A program made the position numbers and the translations under genes. The notes under the pieces are model-generated. The model was not told the origin of the DNA and made no database searches. It saw only the letters and a program-made list of their open reading frames with translations. DNA of 64,000 nucleotides from a bacterium. GTDB taxonomy: Bacteria; Electryoneota; Electryoneia; Electryoneales; Electryoneaceae. Shown piece by piece: positions 27,731-36,118 of this stretch (its first letter is position 1; every line of letters starts with the position of its first letter). The stretch is from the NCBI GenBank assembly GCA_963675295.2, contig CAXXKJ010000002.1, forward strand, positions 1,024,001 through 1,088,000. Direction: 5' to 3'.

Positions 27731-28990
27731 ATGAAACGATCCAACATCACTGAAATATCGTTGACACTTGGCAATTGGGGGCGCGCCCCGTTGTCCGTCG
27801 ACGCGCAAAGGCAGGTATTGCGCACGTTGACCAACTGGTCGGCGAAAACGGGTGTGCCGGTCAGTGCCGAGGTTTACGCGCGTCCTGAACCGCAGCTCCC
27901 GTTACTCCGGGAGTGGTCAGAACGCAGTGACGGCCTCACTCTGATTGTGCGCGAAGATCCACGTTCGGACCGGTTCGCGCGTGTCGCGAAAACGGGCGTG
28001 AAACACGTGGTGATCGAGGTGCCGGTATCGCCGCAGACCGGGATCATGCGTTTCCGTCCCAAGGGGCTGGAGATGGCGCCGGGCTTTGCCGCGCAGGCCG
28101 CCCGGGATGCTGTCCTTGCCGACCTGACACCGGGAATCGCGTTGATCGATATCGCGCGCGCGAAGAAGTATGACGTGCTGCTGGTGGTGGACGCCGTGCT
28201 CGAGGCGTTGCGTCCCCATGACGGGCGGGTGCGCTGGCGGCTGGTCGACAGCACCGGCTGGGCCGATCCGGTTGCCGGGTCACGTCTGCCGCGTTCGCTG
28301 GCGGCGTGGGTGCGGCTGCTGGGCAACGAATACGCGATTCCGGCTGAATCGATCGGCGTGCAGTGTGCGGATACGCTCGGCTTTGCGAACGCGAACACGG
28401 TCGCCGCTGCGAAGACTGGCGCGGGTGTGGTGACCTCGTTGCTCGGCCTCGGTATGGGCTGCGGTTGGGGTGCGACGGAGGTCGTGCTGACGCATCTGCT
28501 CGGCGAGAAATCGAACACGAAACGTCTGCTCGGTTTGCAGCCGGTTTTGTTTGCAACGGACTCGGAAACGATCAGTATGCCCCGATTTGCTGGCAAATCG
28601 GGATTAGCAGAAGGTCACAACTACCGTGACGAGTCCCGTCCGGTGTCGGGCGTGCGTGCGTGGCAATTCCCCGGTGGGGCGGCGCCGGAGAAACCGTCGG
28701 ACGAACTGCTCGCGGCGCACTTTCCGGTTCCGCCGAAGACGCTCAGCCGTCACGCGCCGGAACCGTTGCTGACAGCGTTGTCCGGGCACGCCGGCCTGTT
28801 GCACCTGATGCACCGGCACTGGCCGGAGCGTCATTTCGAGACCGAGGACGGGCGCGCGTTGGCGTTGAGCCAGGCGTTCGAGGCGGAATTCGCGGAGGGT
28901 CGTCAGATCCCGGTGTCATGGCGTGAGCTGCTGCCGAAGGTGGAGGCGTCCGGAATTGTCGAGGACACCCCGCCGGATGAGAAGGACTGA
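27731..28990 (+). CDS. Divergent DRE-TIM (HMGL-like; Re-citrate/isopropylmalate synthase-like) protein lacking catalytic motifs
   Basis: RLVDSTG....GSRLPRSL, ANANTVAAAKTGA..V.SLLGLG....GATE and LTALSGHAG match the family scaffold as I recall it. Start codon uncertain. Confidence 0.55.
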   Translation: MKRSNITEISLTLGNWGRAPLSVDAQRQVLRTLTNWSAKTGVPVSAEVYARPEPQLPLLREWSERSDGLTLIVREDPRSDRFARVAKTGVKHVVIEVPVSPQTGIMRFRPKGLEMAPGFAAQAARDAVLADLTPGIALIDIARAKKYDVLLVVDAVLEALRPHDGRVRWRLVDSTGWADPVAGSRLPRSLAAWVRLLGNEYAIPAESIGVQCADTLGFANANTVAAAKTGAGVVTSLLGLGMGCGWGATEVVLTHLLGEKSNTKRLLGLQPVLFATDSETISMPRFAGKSGLAEGHNYRDESRPVSGVRAWQFPGGAAPEKPSDELLAAHFPVPPKTLSRHAPEPLLTALSGHAGLLHLMHRHWPERHFETEDGRALALSQAFEAEFAEGRQIPVSWRELLPKVEASGIVEDTPPDEKD

Positions 28991-28994
28991 CCGA

Positions 28995-29040
28995 ACCACG
29001 GAATACGCGGAAGAAACGGACAAAAAAGACAGAACGGATT
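28995..29040. repeat. Degenerate 9-nt-period tract after the stop codon
   Basis: CAC GGAATACGC GGAAGAAAC GGACAAAAA AGACAGAAC GGAT. Confidence 0.55.
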
Positions 29041-29279
29041 GCAAGACAAACACTTGGCGCTTGCACTTAAAGCATGCCTATGAAACATGCCCCTGTGACC
29101 CGCCGGTCAGTTTCGGCGGTTCGCAGAGGTAATCCTTGACGCCAGCTCCGGATGTGTCTCGCCCCGTCTCTCCGAACGCCGAGCGGTTCCTGTGTGGTGG
29201 CGGAAAATGTTTACCCGCCCTATATTTCGAGCCATTCCAGACATGTGAGATTTTTCATCAGAAACGACACGGAGGGAGC

Positions 29280-30029
29280 ATGAACATCGCGGTGCTCGTG
29301 AAACTCGTGCCCGACACCGCCGCCATGATCCGGCTGAATGGAGAAAAGAGCGGGATCGAGACGCGCGACCTGAACTGGGTGCTGAACCCGTACGACGAAT
29401 ACGCCGCTGAAGAGGCGCTGGCGCTCGTCGAGAAGCACGGTGGCGAAGTGACCGCCGTGGCCTGTGGTGGAGATGACCAGGTGGAAGCTCTGCGTAAAGT
29501 CGTCGCCATGGGCGCGAACAACGCGGTGCTCGTCAAGCGGGAAGGCGATTACGATCAGCTCGCGTCGGCCAAGGCGATTGCGAACGCGATCAAGGATCGC
29601 GGTTTCGACCTGATCTTCACCGGGTATCGCACGACGGATGACGACTCGACGGCAATCGGCCCGATGGTCGCGTCGCTACTCGAGCTGCCGTGTGTTGCCG
29701 AGGTGAACAAGCTGGAAGTTGGCGATGGCAGCCTGAAGGCGGAGCGCAACATCGAGGGCGGCAGTGAGGTGCTCGAGGCGTCGATGCCGTGCGTCATCAC
29801 CGCGCAGAAGGGCTTGAATGAGCCTCGCTATCCGAAGCTCAAGGGCATCATGATGGCGAAGAAGAAGCAGATCGAGACGGTGGACGGTGATACCGGCGAC
29901 ATCCGCACGGCGACCACGACGATGGATTACCCGCCGGAGCGCCCGGCCGGGAAGATTGTCGGCGAGGGTGTCGAGGCGGTGCCCGAGCTCGTCCGTCTGC
30001 TGCGTGAAGAAGCCAAGGTCATCGAATAA
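29280..30029 (+). CDS. etfB: Electron transfer flavoprotein beta subunit
   Basis: MNIAVLVKLVPDT, LNPYDEYA.EEAL, AMGA, LNEPRYP.LKGIM.AKKK motifs; GGAGG RBS. Confidence 0.95.
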   Translation: MNIAVLVKLVPDTAAMIRLNGEKSGIETRDLNWVLNPYDEYAAEEALALVEKHGGEVTAVACGGDDQVEALRKVVAMGANNAVLVKREGDYDQLASAKAIANAIKDRGFDLIFTGYRTTDDDSTAIGPMVASLLELPCVAEVNKLEVGDGSLKAERNIEGGSEVLEASMPCVITAQKGLNEPRYPKLKGIMMAKKKQIETVDGDTGDIRTATTTMDYPPERPAGKIVGEGVEAVPELVRLLREEAKVIE

Positions 30030-30046
30030 ACCCGGGGAGCAACGCC

Positions 30047-30997
30047 ATGAGTGTACTCGTTTACTGTGAAGTGTCCGGCGGCAGCCTGAAGAAGGCCTCC
30101 CTTGAAGCATTGAGCGAAGGGAAGAAGCTCGCCGGTGCGATGGGTGGCAGCTTGAACGCCGTCGTCGTCGGCTCGGGCCTCGACGCCCACATCGACGCGA
30201 TCAAGAACCACGGCGCGGAGACGATCTACGTCGCCGACAGCGCCGATCATGCCAATTACGTACCGGAAGCGCACCTGACCGCCGTCGCGGACGCCGCGGC
30301 GCAGGCCAGTGCAACGGTATGCCTGATTCCGGCGACCACGCGTGGCCGTGAACTGGCGCCGCGTGTCGCGGTGAAGCTGGACGCCGGTTTGATTGAAGAC
30401 GTCACCGGTTTGACCGGCGAGGGCGGAACCGTCGCGGCGGTACGTCCGGAATACGCCGGCAAGGTGTACCGTTCGGTGAAGGCGAACACGTTGCCGATGG
30501 TCGTCTCAACCCGTCCGAACACGTTCGACGCCGTTGCCGATGCTGGCGCGGGTGCCCGTGTCGACCTCAGCCTGGATTTCTCCGCGAAGGCGAAAGTGGT
30601 TGAGACGCGCAAGGCTGGCGGTGAGAAGATCGATGTCGCCGAAGCCGACCGGATCGTCGGTGGCGGACGCGGTCTGAAGGAACCGGAAAACTTCAAGCTG
30701 GTCGAAGATCTGGCGGAGACGTTGGGCGCGGCAGTCGCGGCCAGCCGTGCGGTGGTCGACTCCGGTTGGCGTCCGCATGCCGAACAGGTGGGTCAGACGG
30801 GTAAGGTCGTCTCGCCGACGCTGTACATCGCCGTCGGCATCTCCGGCGCGATCCAGCACCTCGCGGGCATGACGACATCCAAGACCATCGTCGCGATCAA
30901 CAAGGACAAGGACGCCCCGATCTTCAAGGTCGCGGACTACGGTCTCGTCGGCGACGCGATGGAGATTCTGCCTGCGTTGAATGCAGCGCTGAAGTAA
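30047..30997 (+). CDS. etfA: Electron transfer flavoprotein alpha subunit
   Basis: [50 protein letters not shown] motifs. Confidence 0.96.
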   Translation: MSVLVYCEVSGGSLKKASLEALSEGKKLAGAMGGSLNAVVVGSGLDAHIDAIKNHGAETIYVADSADHANYVPEAHLTAVADAAAQASATVCLIPATTRGRELAPRVAVKLDAGLIEDVTGLTGEGGTVAAVRPEYAGKVYRSVKANTLPMVVSTRPNTFDAVADAGAGARVDLSLDFSAKAKVVETRKAGGEKIDVAEADRIVGGGRGLKEPENFKLVEDLAETLGAAVAASRAVVDSGWRPHAEQVGQTGKVVSPTLYIAVGISGAIQHLAGMTTSKTIVAINKDKDAPIFKVADYGLVGDAMEILPALNAALK

Positions 30998-31058
30998 CGG
31001 CAGTCCACAGTCCACAGTCTGCAGCAAAGGACTGCAGTCGTGAGTCCTGAGTCTCGAG
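30998..31058. repeat. 7-nt-period tract directly after the etfA stop
   Basis: CGGCAGT CCACAGT CCACAGT ... GTGAGTC CTGAGTC TCGAGT. Confidence 0.7.
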
Positions 31059-31060
31059 TA

Positions 31061-31096
31061 ACTGCAACGCCCCGGCAACCGCCGGGGCGTTGCAGT
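31061..31096. terminator. Hairpin between convergent genes
   Basis: ACTGCAACGCCCCGGC-AACC-GCCGGGGCGTTGCAGT, a 16-bp stem. Confidence 0.75.
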
Positions 31097-31115
31097 CTTC
31101 TAATGAACACTAAGC

Positions 31116-32492
31116 CTAAGCAGTCCACCCCAGTTTGTCCTGAAGTAGAGCTGCCATCGCAACTCGGGATGCATTGCTAAGGTCTTCAGATGAATGACCA
31201 GCGCCGGGTGTCTCGAAATACTGGAAGTAGTCTGAATCTTCAGGGACATCATTCTCGAGCATGCGATCCCTTAACCATCGGCTGTTTTCGACAAAAACAG
31301 TCGGATCTAGCGTACCATGATGAATCTGCAATGGATACGGTCCATCCGGATAGTCCCAAATACGAGCAACCGACTCTTCAATGAACCAGCTTCGAAGCTG
31401 CGCCTTCATTTCTTCTTTGGATAGCTCTGGAGCAGGTCCTTCTGGACAGGAAGTGTGTTCAGGACAAAGATACCACTTCACGCCATTAGATTTGGTGCGG
31501 TTTCTTTGATTCAGACTAATGTCCCTATAAGAGAATACATTCCGAACCACCCAAGAATTCAGACTGGGTTCGTATTTCCTTTGTTTCAACTGGCTCTTCA
31601 GATATCGCTTACTACGACGAACGTTGAAAGGTGCAAATTGGTCCGTACCTCCAAACATGGCGATACTGACTTTCAGGTCGCCGGGTGCACTGTTAGCAAA
31701 CATGATTGGGGCAATATCATACAACATGTTGGCACCCATGCTACCGCCAATGATCCCAACATCCCCATTTACAAGTGGATCCTCCCCTTGACCGTAATGA
31801 TCAAGTATGCCTTTCAATGCTTGTAGAACCGCCATGATTTGAAGGTCGTTGGACGTGTATCCTTCAGGAGGCGATTCTATTGCAGGAGTGAAAAACGTAT
31901 CCCCATCAAAATGATACTGACCAAGAAGATCTTGGCAATCTTCTTCGTATCTGTATCCAAACTGAGTGTCGGTGTAGACGTGTGGAGTAGCAAATCTGTA
32001 CCCCAGATACAATGGTTTCACAACAACGCACTGATCAGTATAAAACGTCCCCAAGGTCGAATCCCACCCCCCGAGAGAACCTACGCGAATTGGATATTCT
32101 GTGTTACCATGAAGAGAAAGCAGGATTGGATACCCACCTTGATGTGTAGGCGCACCGGCTCTTGGGTACCGAACAAACGCGTAGTGCAATCTCGAGGCGT
32201 TGTTGTACTCGATGGAATGCCGGATCACATCAACTCTGTATTTCCTTCCTGTCCCATCTGTAGGATTGCAAAATCCTCCTTCAGTCTCGACGGCAAATCC
32301 TGAACAGGTATTTGTCGGGAGGGCGAGCCGATGGTTGATCAAGGCATCGATTTCGGCTTGTGTCGGTGAATGGTTCAAGATGTCATACGGCGGATACATG
32401 TCTGGTTCCCAATACCGGCCAAACCCATTGACATGTCCTCGTGGTCCGAAAAAACCACCAGCAAAGCGTCCGGGTTGGTTTGGCAGTATCAT
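31116..32492 (-). CDS. Alpha/beta-hydrolase (S9/esterase-like)
   Basis: YPILLSLHG, GGSMG nucleophile elbow, HGTLDPTV (Asp), GAGHS (His); AT-rich codon usage. Confidence 0.75.
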   Translation of the reverse strand: MILPNQPGRFAGGFFGPRGHVNGFGRYWEPDMYPPYDILNHSPTQAEIDALINHRLALPTNTCSGFAVETEGGFCNPTDGTGRKYRVDVIRHSIEYNNASRLHYAFVRYPRAGAPTHQGGYPILLSLHGNTEYPIRVGSLGGWDSTLGTFYTDQCVVVKPLYLGYRFATPHVYTDTQFGYRYEEDCQDLLGQYHFDGDTFFTPAIESPPEGYTSNDLQIMAVLQALKGILDHYGQGEDPLVNGDVGIIGGSMGANMLYDIAPIMFANSAPGDLKVSIAMFGGTDQFAPFNVRRSKRYLKSQLKQRKYEPSLNSWVVRNVFSYRDISLNQRNRTKSNGVKWYLCPEHTSCPEGPAPELSKEEMKAQLRSWFIEESVARIWDYPDGPYPLQIHHGTLDPTVFVENSRWLRDRMLENDVPEDSDYFQYFETPGAGHSSEDLSNASRVAMAALLQDKLGWTA

Positions 32493-33034
32493 GTGTTCGG
32501 GAACCTCGTATAAAATACACGCAGTCTGAACTTGATTTTCACATAACCGGGAGGCTCAGGTATGGACGTTGGTCCATACGCATCCATTTTCAACGAAATG
32601 CCATCAACATCTGAAACTGTATCCCGGAAAAGTGGGGTTGCAGAAGGTGTCTGCGGATTTACAAAGTAGATGTAATAGATGTTTCCTGTATCGAGCATGG
32701 ATGGTGATATGCTTTGCAGCATGGCGTAATCCGGCAAACTCACATCTTTTGGAGCTGATGCAGCATTCAAGTCGACATAGACAGGAAGGTAACCTCCTGT
32801 ACCAGGGTCTTCAGGATCACCATTTTCATCGAGAACGATGGGTCGCCACCCGAGGCTGATGTTTGAAAAGCTCTCATAACCATCCACATCCACAACCTCA
32901 AGGACACCACTCATGTAACCAACGGAATTCAGCATATAGATCTCCGTATCGTTGGTACTTACATAGGTGTGTCCGCCTTGGGTAAGAGTAATTTCTAAAA
33001 GGACTGGGCCGGAGTCGGCTGTTTTGATTGGCAT
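32489..33034 (-). CDS. Hypothetical beta-rich protein translationally coupled to the hydrolase
   Basis: ATG at 33034 after AGAGAGGG; its stop overlaps the next start (ATGA). Confidence 0.55.
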   Translation of the reverse strand: MPIKTADSGPVLLEITLTQGGHTYVSTNDTEIYMLNSVGYMSGVLEVVDVDGYESFSNISLGWRPIVLDENGDPEDPGTGGYLPVYVDLNAASAPKDVSLPDYAMLQSISPSMLDTGNIYYIYFVNPQTPSATPLFRDTVSDVDGISLKMDAYGPTSIPEPPGYVKIKFRLRVFYTRFPNT

Positions 33035-33091
33035 GATTTTCCCTCTCTCTAGTTTCTGTTTAAAAAGATTCCACAAACTCACGATACGCTC

Positions 33092-33122
33092 TTGCCCCCC
33101 CCCCCTTCGCAAGTCGTAAACT
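33092..33122 (+). promoter_or_regulatory. Candidate promoter with a poly-C11 tract
   Basis: TTGCCC-N19-TAAACT; the C run spans 33095-33105. Confidence 0.35.
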
Positions 33123-33156
33123 CCAAGAGCTGAGAGACAAAGCATACCGTAAAGAC

Positions 33157-34758
33157 ATGAGGTTTATCATGAACGTGTTAAAATACAAGTGCTTACATAT
33201 CGTAGTATGTTTGCTACTTGGAGTGCTTATAGCCATACCCTCTAATGGCCAACCAGAGGTAGTATGGCAAAGACTACTCGACTATACGTACTCCGGTTCG
33301 CTTATTGAACTTCCGAACGGCGATTTGCTACTCGGTGCTGATTATCTTGATGAACCCAATGGTATAGGCTTGGTAAGAATGAGTTCAGATGGAACTATCC
33401 TTGAGGAGTACGATTTTGATAATCCTGAGTACATCGCTTCAAATTTTGAACTCATATCGCATAATAATTTGCTGACATCGCTACGATACGAGTCCGGCCA
33501 ATATTGTAGCTTTGGCGTTTTGGATCATGAAGCGACTCTTTTGTTCGAATCTGATCTGATACTGGGAAATGGACGAACAACACCCGATGGATATGGAGGA
33601 TTTGTTACAGGTTCCCGTTACGACGAGATTCAAGACAGTAGCACTGCAATAATAACCAAAAGCGATTCAGTTGGTCATATTGAATGGTCTTTGGATTATA
33701 CAGATATGTTTTTAAGCCTAGATAATGTTTCTGTAAGTGTTAATAGTAATATATACGCTCCTATAAGCTTGAGTGGTTATGATATTATGGGAGAACTATT
33801 TATAAAAATAATTAGCGGGGAGGGATACGAAATTAGTAGTATTGTTTTTGGTCCTGTAGATGGTTTGCTTAACCCACATAACTCCTATTTCTTACCTGAC
33901 GGTAACTTATATCTTATGGGAAAATTTGATCTATATGTAGACCAATCATATAAATCAATAATATTGTCTCCAGATGGTGATTTGCTGGAAACACTCAGCG
34001 ATTATGAGGTAAATTCAGTTCACAATGAAATCCATACAATGCCGGACGGCGGTTATTTATCTTTCAAAGGAATTCCAGAAGGAGGTATGCACGAATATGT
34101 TCATACGTTGCGATTGCGACGATTTGATGCGTCGTGGAATCTGTTATGGAGCTATGATTACGAGAACAATCAATTCAACTACGATGAATTCTTTCAGGTA
34201 ACTCCTGTGGTTACGAGTGAAGGCGAAATCGTTCTCTTTGGCCACTTTCTGGTCTTCGATCCCTGGCCGGATGTCGAGGTCGGGACTTTCATCACGAAGC
34301 TAAGCAGTGTCCCAACCGACTTGGAAATCGACATCTCACCTATCAGCAATGTTCACGGTGTCCCAGCGCCGGGACGTATCAACTGGCATGGCGCATTGAC
34401 CAACAATACAGATGCGGATATTGTCACCGACGTGTGGGTGATTGTGCGCGGACCGGACGGATATCCCAGCGAACCGTTGCGAGTGTGGGAGGACATCACC
34501 GTTCCGGCGAACGGCTTTTACGAAGCCGATTTACAGCAGAATGTCCCGGCGGACGCGGCCTCCGGTGAGTACAACTACATCCTCCGCGCGGGGACGTACG
34601 AGCCCGGCGATCCGCAACACACCATCCAAGCATATTTCCCGTTGACCGTCACTGGTGGCACCGAGGTCAACCTCGACCCGCCACGGACTCGCGGAGTTGT
34701 CGCCGCGCCATTCGAGAGACCAAAAATGGTTGAGCTTGCACCGGAGCTGAAGAAGTAG
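33157..34758 (+). CDS. Secreted beta-propeller-like protein with the shared pre-CTD domain but no T9SS CTD
   Basis: Signal peptide; repeated (S/P)DG.L.W units; DVWVIVRGPDG...VPADAASGEY; no PNPFN motif. Confidence 0.7.
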   Translation: MRFIMNVLKYKCLHIVVCLLLGVLIAIPSNGQPEVVWQRLLDYTYSGSLIELPNGDLLLGADYLDEPNGIGLVRMSSDGTILEEYDFDNPEYIASNFELISHNNLLTSLRYESGQYCSFGVLDHEATLLFESDLILGNGRTTPDGYGGFVTGSRYDEIQDSSTAIITKSDSVGHIEWSLDYTDMFLSLDNVSVSVNSNIYAPISLSGYDIMGELFIKIISGEGYEISSIVFGPVDGLLNPHNSYFLPDGNLYLMGKFDLYVDQSYKSIILSPDGDLLETLSDYEVNSVHNEIHTMPDGGYLSFKGIPEGGMHEYVHTLRLRRFDASWNLLWSYDYENNQFNYDEFFQVTPVVTSEGEIVLFGHFLVFDPWPDVEVGTFITKLSSVPTDLEIDISPISNVHGVPAPGRINWHGALTNNTDADIVTDVWVIVRGPDGYPSEPLRVWEDITVPANGFYEADLQQNVPADAASGEYNYILRAGTYEPGDPQHTIQAYFPLTVTGGTEVNLDPPRTRGVVAAPFERPKMVELAPELKK

Positions 34759-34763
34759 GGACG

Positions 34764-34838
34764 GACAGTCCTGAGTCTTGAGTCCTGAGTCCTGAGAAAA
34801 AGACGACGGACGCGAGATTCGAGATATGAGATGTGAGA
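34764..34838. repeat. Two 7-nt-period tracts
   Basis: GACAGTC CTGAGTC TTGAGTC CTGAGTC CTGAG and GCGAGAT TCGAGAT ATGAGAT GTGAGAT. Confidence 0.75.
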
Positions 34839-34841
34839 TAA

Positions 34842-34868
34842 GCGGGGAGCCTTTTGGCTCCCCGTTTT
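34842..34868. terminator. Intrinsic terminator
   Basis: GCGGGGAGCC-TTTT-GGCTCCCCGT followed by TTT. Confidence 0.7.
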
Positions 34869-34885
34869 GTATGAATATGTGCGGA

Positions 34886-35359
34886 CTACGGCAACACCGT
34901 CACCTGCGACACGATGTCCTGCAGCTTGGTCAGCATCTGCAGGTAGCGGTGGTAGTAGATGCGTGAGACGGCGCTGACGATATCGAACCCAACCGTCTTG
35001 TTTTCCTCGAGCAGTTGCAGCAAAGGTTTCGCCTCGATCGCCATCACGCGGCAGCCGGAGATGCAGCGTGCTTCCGCCGTGTAATGCGAATGGTTCATCA
35101 ACGCCGACAGGCCGAAAATCTCGTTCCGGATCACCCGTGCGAAGGCGAGGTTGAGTTCCTGGCCACGGTCGGGCAGCATCAGGTGGACAGTGCCCTCCAT
35201 CAGCATGTAAATGTGCGAGCACTTGTCCTGCAGTTTGAAGACGGAATCGCCTTTGGCGTAGTCGACGATGTGGCTGAATTTGTCGAGTTGTTTGATTTCA
35301 TCCACGTTGAGTCTGGCAAACAGGTCATGCCGGTGCAGTCCGTTTGTCGTCGCATCCAT
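34886..35359 (-). CDS. Stand-alone cyclic-nucleotide-binding domain protein
   Basis: LFARL...Y.KGDSVF......IYML.EG.V.L, EIFGLSAL, YTAEA; no HTH; AAGGAG RBS. Confidence 0.8.
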   Translation of the reverse strand: MDATTNGLHRHDLFARLNVDEIKQLDKFSHIVDYAKGDSVFKLQDKCSHIYMLMEGTVHLMLPDRGQELNLAFARVIRNEIFGLSALMNHSHYTAEARCISGCRVMAIEAKPLLQLLEENKTVGFDIVSAVSRIYYHRYLQMLTKLQDIVSQVTVLP

Positions 35360-35781
35360 GAGTCACTCCTTTCCATGTGGGGGGAATGAAGTTCTCCTCT
35401 ATATGCACGAGCCGGTTCCGGGTACGTGTGGCTGGTGTCCGGCTCGATAGCGGACGCGTCGCGGGGGGCGTGGATACACGCGCGGTGGTTGGGGGAAAGT
35501 TAGTCTAAACAAATATACGGCGAAATCAGCGTGACGACGAAATTTTCCGGCCTGCTGATTTTCGCATCTGACTCCGGGAGGGGTGAGGAACGACGGTAAA
35601 CGGTAATCGGTACTTGGTGATCGGTAACAGCCCGGCGTGGAGCAAATTCCGTGGGGATGATCTGCCGGCCCTGAACGCCGAGCTGAAAAAGTAGGGAAAG
35701 ACAGTCTTGAGTCTTGAGGAAAAGAAGGGCTGCGCTGATAGATCGACGCAGCCCATTTCTATTGTCCAGAATCGATCATGC

Positions 35782-36036
35782 CTATACAAATTCCTGGTGG
35801 CTTTTAATCAGGGTACTCACCGGATCAACTTGCCTCGATTCATCATTTGTAAGTTTGTATTTCTCTTTAACGGCCTTGCCAATGGTTCGGTTTACGGTAC
35901 CAACACCGTGTTCCTCAACAGCGTGCAGATATTCTTGCATCAATTCACGATCGTTTTGGATGATCAGAAAGATTTCGTCTGTAATCCGCTTGTCCAATTT
36001 TGCGAATGCTCTTTCACCAATCTGTTCCGGAGTCAT
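35782..36036 (-). CDS. Small AT-rich hypothetical protein
   Basis: 84-aa ORF with AAGGAG RBS; no recognised motif. Confidence 0.55.
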   Translation of the reverse strand: MTPEQIGERAFAKLDKRITDEIFLIIQNDRELMQEYLHAVEEHGVGTVNRTIGKAVKEKYKLTNDESRQVDPVSTLIKSHQEFV

Positions 36037-36118
36037 GATTTTCTCTCCTTTTGTGTTGAACTACGAACTAGCCAGATGAGACAGCTGAGTCTCACAGTAC
36101 CAGTATAGTACGTGACAT

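Larger units (their letters stand above)
30998..35694. mobile_element. Putative integrase-less accessory island bounded by etfA 3'-end copies
   Basis: AT-rich core at about 31100-34250. The etfA C-terminal codons recur at 35662-35694 (LPALNAELKK*) and 34744-34758 (ELKK*). Confidence 0.55.

Noticed and set aside
35400-35565. Possible riboswitch upstream of the cNMP-binding gene
   Set aside because: GC-rich hairpins are present, but no conserved aptamer motif could be identified.
30998-36036. Prophage or defence island
   Set aside because: No integrase, phage hallmark gene or recognisable defence domain is present.
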